Shown in pieces: positions 19,160 through 27,916 of a DNA stretch of 64,000 nt (position 1 is its first letter; each line of letters opens with the position of its first letter). The notes under the pieces were generated by a model, which did no database searches, had not been told where the DNA came from, and worked only from the letters and a program-made list of their open reading frames with translations. The translations under genes and the position numbers were made by a program. Source of the stretch: Candidatus Woesearchaeota archaeon (lineage in GTDB: Archaea; Nanobdellota; Nanobdellia; SCGC-AAA011-G17; GW2011-AR20). Where the stretch lies: positions 724 through 64,723 of the forward strand of contig JACQNJ010000019.1 in assembly GCA_016203115.1 (NCBI GenBank), given 5' to 3'.

Positions 19160-20095
19160 TTAAATTCTTCCAAATCTTTCAACTTCCTCAATTATCTTCT
19201 CTTTATCTTTAGCCTTCATTAGTCTTACTCTTAATTCTTTGCTCCCATTAAATCCTTTGCAAAAATTCAAGGCAGTGCATCTCAAATTAGAAACATTGGC
19301 AAAATCATATTTTTCACATAATTCAAAATATTCTAAAAATAATTTAACTTTATCTTCTTTAACTAAAATTTTCTTTTTTCCTGTCTTTAAATAATAATTA
19401 ATTTCATCAAAAATCATTGGATTATTCATAGCAGCCCTCGCAATCATCACATAATCGCATTTCGTATGTTCTAAAAGCTCTTTAGCCTTTTCTCCACTAA
19501 CAACATCCCCATTTCCAATAACAGGAATATTTACCTTTTCTTTAACCTGTTGGATAATATCCCAATCAGCTTTACCACTATACCCTTGTTCTCTTGTTCT
19601 TCCATGAATAGTAATAGCACTCGCACCCGCTTCCTCCATTATCTTAACTAATCCTAAAGCTTCAACTTTCTTGAATCCAGATCTCATCTTAACAGTAACA
19701 GGCTTTTCTAATCCATTAGATAAAGTCTCTATAATTTTCTTTACTCTGTCTTTTTCTCTCAACAAAGCACTTCCATATCCTTGTGTAACAATCTTTTTGC
19801 TTGGGCACCCAAAGTTCAAGTCTATAATATCAAAATTTTTCTCTAATTTTAAAGCAGCTTTTAACAAAATCTTAGAATTTCTTCCAAATAATTGCAATCC
19901 AACTAACTTTTCTTCATTTGACCTTTCTACCAATTTCAAAGTTCTTGGATTTTCTCTAATAATTCCCAAAGAGCTCAATTGCTCAGTATAAGTCAAAGCT
20001 GCTCCATATTTTTCACATAATAGTCTAAAAGGCAGTGTAGAAACATCAGCCATAGGCGCTAATACCAATTTACTCTTTAATTTAGGGAAATCCAT
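19160..20095 (-). CDS. tRNA-dihydrouridine synthase
   Basis: DLNFGCP motif and a TIM-barrel FMN enzyme pattern. Confidence 0.8.
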   Translation of the reverse strand: MDFPKLKSKLVLAPMADVSTLPFRLLCEKYGAALTYTEQLSSLGIIRENPRTLKLVERSNEEKLVGLQLFGRNSKILLKAALKLEKNFDIIDLNFGCPSKKIVTQGYGSALLREKDRVKKIIETLSNGLEKPVTVKMRSGFKKVEALGLVKIMEEAGASAITIHGRTREQGYSGKADWDIIQQVKEKVNIPVIGNGDVVSGEKAKELLEHTKCDYVMIARAAMNNPMIFDEINYYLKTGKKKILVKEDKVKLFLEYFELCEKYDFANVSNLRCTALNFCKGFNGSKELRVRLMKAKDKEKIIEEVERFGRI

Positions 20096-20145
20096 AAGAT
20101 AAAGCCCATAGGAACAAATTTAAACATTTCCTAATAATTAAAAAT

Positions 20146-20841
20146 ATGCTATATCTAAAAGATTCTTACAAAAAAGAATTTGAGGCAATTGTAAAAGAAG
20201 TTAATGCAAATAAAATAGTTCTAAACGAAACATATTTTTATGCCTCTGGAGGCGGCCAGCCTTCAGATAAAGGGATTATAATTTTCAACAATCAAGAATT
20301 CAAGGTCATAAATGTCAAAAAAGAAAACGGGAAAATAATTCATGAGCTGGATAAAGAAGGTCTTAAAGTAAATGATAAAATAAGATGCATGATAGACTGG
20401 AACAAAAGGTATAAGCTTATGAGAATGCACACAGCAGCCCATATTCTGAGTGCAATAATACACAGAGAGACAAATGCAATGATAACAGGCAATCAGTTAG
20501 ATGAAGAAAGAACAAGACTAGATTTTTCTGTAGAAGATTTCAAAAAAGAACTCTTTGAAAAGTTTATAGAAGAAGCAAATGAAGAAATAAAAAAAGACCA
20601 TAAAATCACAATAAAGACAATCTCAAAAGAAGAAGCTGAAAAAATGGAAAATTTGTCAAGATTAGCCAAAGGTCTTCCTCCAAATTTAAAAGAGATAAGG
20701 ATAGTAAAAATAGGCTCAATAGATGAACAAGCAGACGGTGGAACTCATGTTAATTCAACAAAAGAAATAGGAAAAATAAAACTTCTTTCAATAGAGAATA
20801 AAGGAAAGAATAATAGGAGAATGTATTTTAGTTTAGAATAA
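20146..20841 (+). CDS. alaX: AlaX-type alanyl-tRNA editing protein
   Basis: HTAAHIL and GGTHV zinc-binding motifs of the AlaRS editing domain. Confidence 0.75.
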   Translation: MLYLKDSYKKEFEAIVKEVNANKIVLNETYFYASGGGQPSDKGIIIFNNQEFKVINVKKENGKIIHELDKEGLKVNDKIRCMIDWNKRYKLMRMHTAAHILSAIIHRETNAMITGNQLDEERTRLDFSVEDFKKELFEKFIEEANEEIKKDHKITIKTISKEEAEKMENLSRLAKGLPPNLKEIRIVKIGSIDEQADGGTHVNSTKEIGKIKLLSIENKGKNNRRMYFSLE

Positions 20842-20877
20842 AAACCTTAATATACCTATCCTAATTAATAAATTTTA

Positions 20878-21384
20878 ATGAAAAAGAATATATACAAAGA
20901 GCAGAGAATAGGTGTTTTCATCGACATTCAAAATCTCTATTATTCTTCAAAGCATTTATACAAGAAAAAAGTCAACTTTAAAGCAGTCCTAGATGAAGCA
21001 GTGAATAGCAGAACATTAGTAAGAGCAATAGCATATGTAGTAAGGGCAGATGAATTAAAAGAAAACACTTTTTTTGAGGCATTAAAAAATATAGGTTTCG
21101 ATATCCAGGAAAAAGAGCTTCAAATCTTCGCAGGCGGCATGAAAAAAGGTGACTGGGATGTTGGAATCGCAGTTGACACTATCAAAATGGCCCAAAAATT
21201 AGACGTTGTAGTTTTAGTCTCAGGAGATGGAGACTACGCTCCTCTGGTGGAATATCTAAAAAATGCCCAAGGTTGCAGGGTAGAGGTAATAGCTTTTGGA
21301 AGGTCAACATCATCAAAGTTAAAAGAAGTAGCAGACGAGTTCATAGATCTAGATTCTAATAAAAAATTCTTAATGTCTTCCTAA
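20878..21384 (+). CDS. NYN/LabA-like domain protein
   Basis: IGVFIDIQNLYY and LVSGDGDYAPLV motifs. Confidence 0.7.
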   Translation: MKKNIYKEQRIGVFIDIQNLYYSSKHLYKKKVNFKAVLDEAVNSRTLVRAIAYVVRADELKENTFFEALKNIGFDIQEKELQIFAGGMKKGDWDVGIAVDTIKMAQKLDVVVLVSGDGDYAPLVEYLKNAQGCRVEVIAFGRSTSSKLKEVADEFIDLDSNKKFLMSS

Positions 21385-21424
21385 CCAGAACCCTTTTAAA
21401 TATTATTGAACTTAATTTTTATAG

Positions 21425-21510
21425 GGGCCGGTAGTTTAGTGGCTATAACGACGCCCTTACAATTTAGATGAGAAAGGCGTAGGTCGCATGTTCGAATCAT
21501 GCCCGGCCCA
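21425..21510 (+). tRNA. tRNA-Val (UAC) with a ~13-nt intron
   Basis: Acceptor stem GGGCCGG/CCGGCCC with discriminator A. Anticodon stem ACGCC/GGCGT. Loop CTTACA[ATTTAGATGAGAA]A. T-arm GCATG-TTCGAAT-CATGC. Confidence 0.8.
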
Positions 21511-21559
21511 ATAAAGTTCTAAGAAACGTTTTTATACTATAGAATTTTTCAATAAAAAG

Positions 21560-22243
21560 ATGAAAAAAGCCTTGAAAACAGAAAGCAAAAAGAAAACAAA
21601 AAGATTTCTAAAGTTACCTAGTGCCCCAAGGCCAATAAAAATACCAATAGCACCTTCCCCACATAGGAAAAAAATACCAGAGAGATTAAGAGTAAAGGTT
21701 CCTAAAACTAAACATACTCCAACATTTCATAAGACAAAAAGCGTCCAAATACACAAAAAATTACTAAAAAGAACACCTAAAAAAAGAAAGCACATATCAA
21801 TCCCAAGTCCATTTGAAGTGATAATGCAAAAACCTCATGGAAAAGAAGGATTTTTTTCAAGATTAAAGTCATTTGAAAACAAAGAAGCAAGAAAGGTTAA
21901 TGTTTTAGCAAAAGAAGTAGAAAAACAATTAGAAGAAGATAAAAAAGAAATAATAAATTCTATTAAACAAAATGTAAAAGAACTAAGCACATCCGTGAAA
22001 GGGATAAAACATAAAGAAAAAATACAAACATTTACTAAAAAAGGGAGAGCTCCTATATTAATAAAACCAAGCTCTGTTTACGAAGTGCATATAATAGAAG
22101 ATCTTCCAGATCCTTATCAAATAGAGATTTCTAGAGCAGCAAGAAGGAATAAAGTATTAAAAAGATTGATAGCTGAAGAAGAAAGAATAAAGAAAAAAAT
22201 GTCCCAATTAGAGGACACAGAACTAGTTTATTATCGAATGTAA
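21560..22243 (+). CDS. highly basic Lys/Pro-rich hypothetical protein
   Basis: ORF of 227 aa. Possibly nucleic-acid binding. Confidence 0.5.
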   Translation: MKKALKTESKKKTKRFLKLPSAPRPIKIPIAPSPHRKKIPERLRVKVPKTKHTPTFHKTKSVQIHKKLLKRTPKKRKHISIPSPFEVIMQKPHGKEGFFSRLKSFENKEARKVNVLAKEVEKQLEEDKKEIINSIKQNVKELSTSVKGIKHKEKIQTFTKKGRAPILIKPSSVYEVHIIEDLPDPYQIEISRAARRNKVLKRLIAEEERIKKKMSQLEDTELVYYRM

Positions 22244-22246
22244 AAA

Positions 22247-22253
22247 GAGGTGA
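22247..22253 (+). promoter_or_regulatory. Shine-Dalgarno (AGAGGTG) for the TTG-initiated ALDH gene
   Basis: AAAGAGGTGA lies 5-7 nt upstream of the TTG at 22258. Confidence 0.5.
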
Positions 22254-22257
22254 TAAT

Positions 22258-23721
22258 TTGAAAGCCTATAAGAACTTTATAGGGGGTAGATGGATTAGTT
22301 CTAATTCAAAAGAGACCTTTGACAGTTTAGATCCTGCAACAGAAGTCTCAATAGGCAAGTTTCAGGATTCTAATGGGTTAGATGTAGAATTAGCTGTAGA
22401 AGCAGCAGAAAAATCATTTCAAGAATGGTCTGATTTTCCTGCTCCAAAAAGAGCAGAATTTCTTTTTAGAATAAGGGATCTTTTAATAGAAAACAAAGAA
22501 AGACTAGCAAGATTAGAAGTAAAAGAAATGGGCAAAGTCTACAAGGAAGCCTTAGGTGATGTCCAGGAAGCAATAGATATCTTTGAGTATATGGCTGGAG
22601 AAGGCAGGAGGTTATTTGGTTTCACAACACCATCTGAATTAAAAAACAAGTTTTGTGCAACAATAAGAAGACCAATAGGCATAGTAGCTCTAATTACTCC
22701 CTGGAATTTTCCAATAGCAATACCCTCATGGAAATTAGCTCCTGCATTAATATGCGGCAATTCTGTTATTTTGAAGCCTTCCTCAGACACTCCCTTATGT
22801 GCAATTGAATTAGTAAAAATACTGAATGAAGCAGGAATTCCTAAAGGAGTGGTTAATTTAATTACAGGCTCTGGCAACACAGTAGGCACTTCTTTAGTCA
22901 CTCACCAAAAAATTCATGCTGTTTCCTTCACAGGCTCAGTAGAAACAGGTAAGTTTATCACAAAAAATGCAGGATTAAAAAAAATTGGGCTAGAATTAGG
23001 TGGAAAAAATGCAATAATCATCATGGAAGACGCAAATTTGGAGCTGGCCTTAGAGGGAGTTTTATGGGGAGCATTTGGCACCACAGGTCAAAGATGCACA
23101 GCAGCCTCAAGAATTATCATTCATGAAACGGTTGCAAAAAAGTTTGAAAATATGTTAATAAATTCAACAAAGAAATTAAGACTAGGCTCAGGATTATCAA
23201 AAACAACAGACATCGGTCCATTAATAAATAGAAAAGCAGTTGAAAAATCAGATTATTATACTAACCTTGGATTAAAAGAAGGAGCTAAACTGTTAATAGG
23301 AGGAAAGCCACTCTCATCAAAAGGGTTCTTCTATCAGCCAACTATTTTCACAAACGTAAATCACAATATGAGGATTGCACAAGAGGAGATATTTGGTCCT
23401 GTTTTATCAATAATAAAAATAAAAAATATAGATGAAGCAATTGAAGTGTGTAATAATATAAAACAAGGTTTATCCTCTTCAATTTACACAGAAAACATGC
23501 AATATGCATTTAAAGCTATTAACAAAATAGATTCAGGAATAACATATATAAATTCCTCAACAATAGGGGCTGAAGTTCATTTACCATTCGGAGGAGTTAA
23601 AGAGACTGGAAACGGCACAAGAGAAGCAGGATGGACAGGAATAGAAGAGTTTAGTGAAATTAAAACGATATATCTTGATTACAGTGATAAATTACAAAAA
23701 GCACAAGGGATCACAGACTAA
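22258..23721 (+). CDS. NAD(P)-dependent aldehyde dehydrogenase
   Basis: ELGGKNA and GQRCTA (catalytic Cys) motifs. Apparent TTG start with a strong SD. Confidence 0.85.
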   Translation: MKAYKNFIGGRWISSNSKETFDSLDPATEVSIGKFQDSNGLDVELAVEAAEKSFQEWSDFPAPKRAEFLFRIRDLLIENKERLARLEVKEMGKVYKEALGDVQEAIDIFEYMAGEGRRLFGFTTPSELKNKFCATIRRPIGIVALITPWNFPIAIPSWKLAPALICGNSVILKPSSDTPLCAIELVKILNEAGIPKGVVNLITGSGNTVGTSLVTHQKIHAVSFTGSVETGKFITKNAGLKKIGLELGGKNAIIIMEDANLELALEGVLWGAFGTTGQRCTAASRIIIHETVAKKFENMLINSTKKLRLGSGLSKTTDIGPLINRKAVEKSDYYTNLGLKEGAKLLIGGKPLSSKGFFYQPTIFTNVNHNMRIAQEEIFGPVLSIIKIKNIDEAIEVCNNIKQGLSSSIYTENMQYAFKAINKIDSGITYINSSTIGAEVHLPFGGVKETGNGTREAGWTGIEEFSEIKTIYLDYSDKLQKAQGITD

Positions 23722-23725
23722 ATCT

Positions 23726-24427
23726 TTATTTTTCTAGTCCAAAGGTAATCGTTTGTATCTTATCATGATCTATATATCCAATAAATCTCAAAGTATGATC
23801 ACTAGATACAGAACCAAAATGATGAAACGTTCTTCTAACTATATTTTCCCTGATTTCATCCAAACGTATTCCGAGAGAGGAGTCATAAGATGCTCCAACA
23901 ACTTCTCCTGTGATATTATAATGATCACTTCTACCAGGCCTATGAATATCAACAAGATTACATTCCATATGGGCTAAACACTCTGCAATTAAAGGGGGAT
24001 AAGCATCATTTAGTGAAAGTACGAATGGGTCTAATCTTCTTAAGCTAGACTTCTCTATTTTATCTTCCAATTTTGACCTTCTATACGGAAAGGCCACGAT
24101 ATCTAAAATGCTCAATAAATCTCTACCTGGAACATTAACAATAAACATGCCATTTTGTTTTATATTTAGATAAGTATTCATTTTATAATTACCTTGATGC
24201 TTAGAATTAATTCCATGCTGTCTTAAAGATGCAGAAAAGGTGATATAAGGGGGTTCATAACTCGTATCTAAACAAGTAGCAAAGGGAGCAATATTTGGTA
24301 TTGATCTGCCATTAACTCTTCCTACCGTTGTTATAAACTCAACCGGATGTGTCGTTAACAAATATCTAGTCCAAGTAGAACAAACTTGTACTTTCCTATA
24401 TCTCGGGTCTCCATATATTAATTTCAT
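23726..24427 (-). CDS. flavin reductase-like domain protein
   Basis: NIAPFATCLDTSYEPPYITFS resembles the FMN-binding split-barrel signature. Composition is K-poor. Confidence 0.5.
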   Translation of the reverse strand: MKLIYGDPRYRKVQVCSTWTRYLLTTHPVEFITTVGRVNGRSIPNIAPFATCLDTSYEPPYITFSASLRQHGINSKHQGNYKMNTYLNIKQNGMFIVNVPGRDLLSILDIVAFPYRRSKLEDKIEKSSLRRLDPFVLSLNDAYPPLIAECLAHMECNLVDIHRPGRSDHYNITGEVVGASYDSSLGIRLDEIRENIVRRTFHHFGSVSSDHTLRFIGYIDHDKIQTITFGLEK

Positions 24428-24519
24428 AGTAATTAAAATTTTATTAGACTTTAAAATCTTTGTTGTAAATAATTTACGACAATAAATAAATTTAAAAAGA
24501 CAAAAAATAACAGAAAGCT

Positions 24520-25260
24520 ATGGAATTAACGGACTCATTAAAAGAATTCGGGTTGTCAGAAAAAGAATCCAAAACCTATCTAACTTTGCTAGAGCTAGGA
24601 GAATCAACTGCTACAGACATCTCTATAAAAAGCAAACTCCCAAGAACATTAGTTTATGACCTACTAGAAAAGTTAATCAGTTTAGGTTTAGTTTCTTATA
24701 CTGTAAAAAATAACAAAAAATACTTTCTAGCTTCAGATCCAAAAGAATTAATCAGGATTTTGAAAGAAAAAGAAGAAAAAATCCAAGAAATTTTACCAGA
24801 ATTAGAATCTATTCAGAAAATTAGAGGATCAAAAAGACCAAAAGTCGAAATATATGAAGGCAAAGAAGGTATGAAAACAATGATGAACAATATTCTTAAT
24901 TCAAAAATCAAGGAATTCTTGGCATATGGTAGCTCTAGATCATCCTACGAAATAATTCCTGCATTTATGGAGCATTGGCATAAAAAAAGAATAAAAGAAA
25001 AAGTTGTTATGAAAGTCATTTACAACGACACAAAAGAAGCAAGAGAAAAAGTTAAGAAGTTCAAAAGTTCATTAAGACTAGTATATTACAAATTTATGCC
25101 AATCCAATTAGAGTCACCAACAGCGATATTAATCTACTCAAATAAGGTGATATTACAATCTTGGACAAAAGAGCCGTTTGCAGTTATGATAAAAAATGAG
25201 CAAACAGCAGAAAATCAAAAAAAGTATTTTGGGGAGCTATGGAAAATAGCAAAGAAATAA
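24520..25260 (+). CDS. TrmB-family transcriptional regulator
   Basis: N-terminal wHTH (KESKTYLTLLELGESTATDIS) and a C-terminal sensor-like domain. Confidence 0.75.
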   Translation: MELTDSLKEFGLSEKESKTYLTLLELGESTATDISIKSKLPRTLVYDLLEKLISLGLVSYTVKNNKKYFLASDPKELIRILKEKEEKIQEILPELESIQKIRGSKRPKVEIYEGKEGMKTMMNNILNSKIKEFLAYGSSRSSYEIIPAFMEHWHKKRIKEKVVMKVIYNDTKEAREKVKKFKSSLRLVYYKFMPIQLESPTAILIYSNKVILQSWTKEPFAVMIKNEQTAENQKKYFGELWKIAKK

Positions 25261-25292
25261 ATATATGAAAACAATACAAGGGGTTGATTGAA

Positions 25293-25403
25293 ATGTCAGA
25301 CGAACCAAGTTATGGAAAAAGAAAATCAAAAAGTGATAAAAAAGCAAAAAGAAGATTCAGAGTATATAAAAAAGGCGGAAAAGAAAGGACAATGAATATC
25401 TAA
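25293..25403 (+). CDS. small basic protein (36 aa)
   Basis: MSDEPSYGKRKSKSDKKAKRRFRVYKKGGKERTMNI. Its stop overlaps the start of the downstream aminotransferase (TAATG). Below the size cutoff of the ORF track. Confidence 0.35.
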   Translation: MSDEPSYGKRKSKSDKKAKRRFRVYKKGGKERTMNI

Positions 25404-26704
25404 TGGTAAAGTTCATTTGCAAAAAGCCGGGAAAGAAATCAATAGCAATTTTAAAAAAAGATGAAAAAGTAGTCTCTCCTTCTTATGCAAGAGAATATTC
25501 TTTTGTTTTCAAAAAAGGCAAGGGAAATTATGTCTATGACGTAGATAACAGAAAATATTTAGATTTTGCAGCAGGAATAGCAGTAAATAGTGTAGGTCAT
25601 GCAAATCCTGAAGTAATTAAAGCTGTAAAAAAACAGCTACCCTCTGGATTACATGCTGCATTCGGAGATTTCTACGCAGAACTTCCAGTTGTATTCATAG
25701 AGCATTTATTAAAAATTGTTCCAAGAAATTTCCAAAAAGCTTTTCTATCAAATTCAGGAACAGAATCTATAGAAGCAGCATACAAATTGGCAAGATGGCA
25801 TACAAAGAAAAAATATGTTATTGCATTCAACAATTGTTTCCATGGCCGGACGATGGGAAGTTTATCAATGACAAATTCTAAGCCTGTTCAAAGAGAAAGA
25901 TTTTCTCCCTTTCTTCCTGTTAAACATGTCCCTTATCCCTATGTCTATAGAATGCCTTTCAAGAATGAAAATGATTGCACTAACTTTTGTTTAGATAAAA
26001 TAGAAAAAGCAATAAAATCAGTAAAAGGAGACGTAGCTGCCATTTTCATGGAGCCAATTCAGGGAGAAGGAGGTTATATTGTTCCTCCAAAAGATTTTCC
26101 AAAAGAGGTAAGAAAAATCTGCAACAAAAGAAACATTCTATTTTGCGATGATGAAGTCCAAGCTGGTTGTTACAGAACTGGAAAATTCCTAGCTATTGAA
26201 AATTTCAACACTTTGCCAGATATTGTCTCATTAAGCAAAGCCATTGGTGGAGGAATTCCATTAGGCGCAACTTTAGCCTCTTCAAAAATTATGAACTGGA
26301 CACCCGGAAGTCACAGTAACACTTTTGGCGGAAATTTAGTAGCATGTGCAGCAGGAATAGCTACTTTAGATTACATGAAAAAACATAATTTAGGAAAAAA
26401 TGCAACAAAAGTTGGAAAATACATTTTAAAAAGGTTAAATGAAATAAAAGAAGAATATGAATTAGTAGGAGATGTAAGAGGCCTGGGCTTAATGATAGGG
26501 ATTGAATTAGTCAAAAATAAAAAAAATAAAATTCCTGCAGTAAAAGAAAGAAGTTCAATACTATGCAAATCCCAGGAAAAAGGATTAATACTATTACCAG
26601 CTGGAATCTCAACAATAAGGATATGCCCTCCTTTAACAATCACCTTAAAAGAAGCAGAGCAAGGCTTAAATATATTAGAAGACTCTCTAAAAGAGGTGAG
26701 TTAA
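25403..26704 (+). CDS. class III PLP-dependent aminotransferase (acetylornithine/GABA-AT family)
   Basis: Class III aminotransferase fold with the PLP lysine in SLSKAIGGG. Confidence 0.85.
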   Translation: MVKFICKKPGKKSIAILKKDEKVVSPSYAREYSFVFKKGKGNYVYDVDNRKYLDFAAGIAVNSVGHANPEVIKAVKKQLPSGLHAAFGDFYAELPVVFIEHLLKIVPRNFQKAFLSNSGTESIEAAYKLARWHTKKKYVIAFNNCFHGRTMGSLSMTNSKPVQRERFSPFLPVKHVPYPYVYRMPFKNENDCTNFCLDKIEKAIKSVKGDVAAIFMEPIQGEGGYIVPPKDFPKEVRKICNKRNILFCDDEVQAGCYRTGKFLAIENFNTLPDIVSLSKAIGGGIPLGATLASSKIMNWTPGSHSNTFGGNLVACAAGIATLDYMKKHNLGKNATKVGKYILKRLNEIKEEYELVGDVRGLGLMIGIELVKNKKNKIPAVKERSSILCKSQEKGLILLPAGISTIRICPPLTITLKEAEQGLNILEDSLKEVS

Positions 26705-26723
26705 AATAGAAGTTCTAAAAAGA

Positions 26724-27725
26724 TTGGTGAATGCAAACGGCCCGAGTGGAAATGAAAGCGCAGTAAGAAAAATAATTCAGGAAGAAATAGAGCCTTATGT
26801 CGATGAAGTAAGAGTAAACAAGCTTGGTAATTTAATAGCAAGAAAAAAAGGAAAAGGAAGCAAAGTTATGCTTGCCGCCCACATGGATGAGATTGCCTTA
26901 ATGGTAAAAAGAATTGATGATACTGGGTTTATAAGGTTTACAACAATAGGTGGTGTGGAAGCCCTTACTCTGCTAGGGCAGGTAGTAAAAATTCTAGATA
27001 TAAAAGGAAAGCCGATATGCACAGGAGTAGTTTCCTACGGAGAGCTTCACGAAGGTTCTGAAATAAAAGAGATTCCAAAATTAGATTATTTATATATTGA
27101 CACAGGCATCACAAAAAAAGAATTAATAAAAAAAGGGGTAGGCACAGGCACTTATATTGTTCCAACTCAGCATTTTGAAATATTAGGAAGTAAAGATATT
27201 ATCACAGGAAAAGCTCTGGATGATAGAATTGGATGTTATATCTTAATAGAGCTTGCAAAATGCTTAAAAAAAACAGATCTAGACATCTACTTTGTTTTTA
27301 GTGTGCAAGAAGAAATAGGTTTGTATGGGGCTAAAACATCAGTATTTGAGATAAACCCAAATTGGGGTATAGCAATAGATGTAACAGTCGCAACAGACTC
27401 AGATTTAAAAGGAAATACCTCAAGAATCATGGGGGCAGGTCCATTTTTAACAGTAAAAGATGCTGAAATAATCGCAAGCCCTATGCTTGACGAGCACATA
27501 AAAAAAATAGCTAAAAAGAACAAGATTCCATTAAATTTAGAAATAGCTGAATTTGGAACAAGTGATGCGACAAATATGATGCTTCATGGTGGTGGTGTTC
27601 CTTCTACTATAGTGGGTGTCGCAATAAGGAACATACATACAACAGTAGGAGTAGCAAGTTTAAGAGATATTAAAAGTTGTATTAAACTATTACAGCTAGT
27701 GTTAAAAAATCCGCCAAATCTTTGA
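26724..27725 (+). CDS. M42 family aminopeptidase (FrvX/cellulase-like)
   Basis: AAHMDEIALMV and typical M42 metal ligands. Confidence 0.8.
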   Translation: MVNANGPSGNESAVRKIIQEEIEPYVDEVRVNKLGNLIARKKGKGSKVMLAAHMDEIALMVKRIDDTGFIRFTTIGGVEALTLLGQVVKILDIKGKPICTGVVSYGELHEGSEIKEIPKLDYLYIDTGITKKELIKKGVGTGTYIVPTQHFEILGSKDIITGKALDDRIGCYILIELAKCLKKTDLDIYFVFSVQEEIGLYGAKTSVFEINPNWGIAIDVTVATDSDLKGNTSRIMGAGPFLTVKDAEIIASPMLDEHIKKIAKKNKIPLNLEIAEFGTSDATNMMLHGGGVPSTIVGVAIRNIHTTVGVASLRDIKSCIKLLQLVLKNPPNL

Positions 27726-27732
27726 TTCCAAA

Positions 27733-27743
27733 ATCTTATAAAT
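27733..27743 (+). promoter_or_regulatory. TATA-like box upstream of tRNA-Arg
   Basis: CTTATAAATTC lies about 25 nt upstream of the tRNA start. Confidence 0.3.
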
Positions 27744-27763
27744 TCTATACTTTGTAAATAAAT

Positions 27764-27876
27764 GGGCTTGTAGTTTAATCTGGATAGAATAATCGGCTTC
27801 GGAAAGAAGGAGCAATGAGATGAGCAAATCTTCTTGTGGATACCGATTGATTGGGGTTCAAATCCTCACAGGCCCG
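27764..27876 (+). tRNA. tRNA-Arg (UCG) with a ~39-nt intron
   Basis: Acceptor stem GGGCTTG/CAGGCCC with discriminator G. Anticodon stem ATCGG/CCGAT. Loop CTTCGG[39 nt containing AAGAAG...CTTCTT hairpin]A. T-arm TGGGG-TTCAAAT-CCTCA. Confidence 0.7.
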
Positions 27877-27916
27877 ACATAAAAACCTTTAAATAAAATA
27901 CGTAATAATAGAGCAT

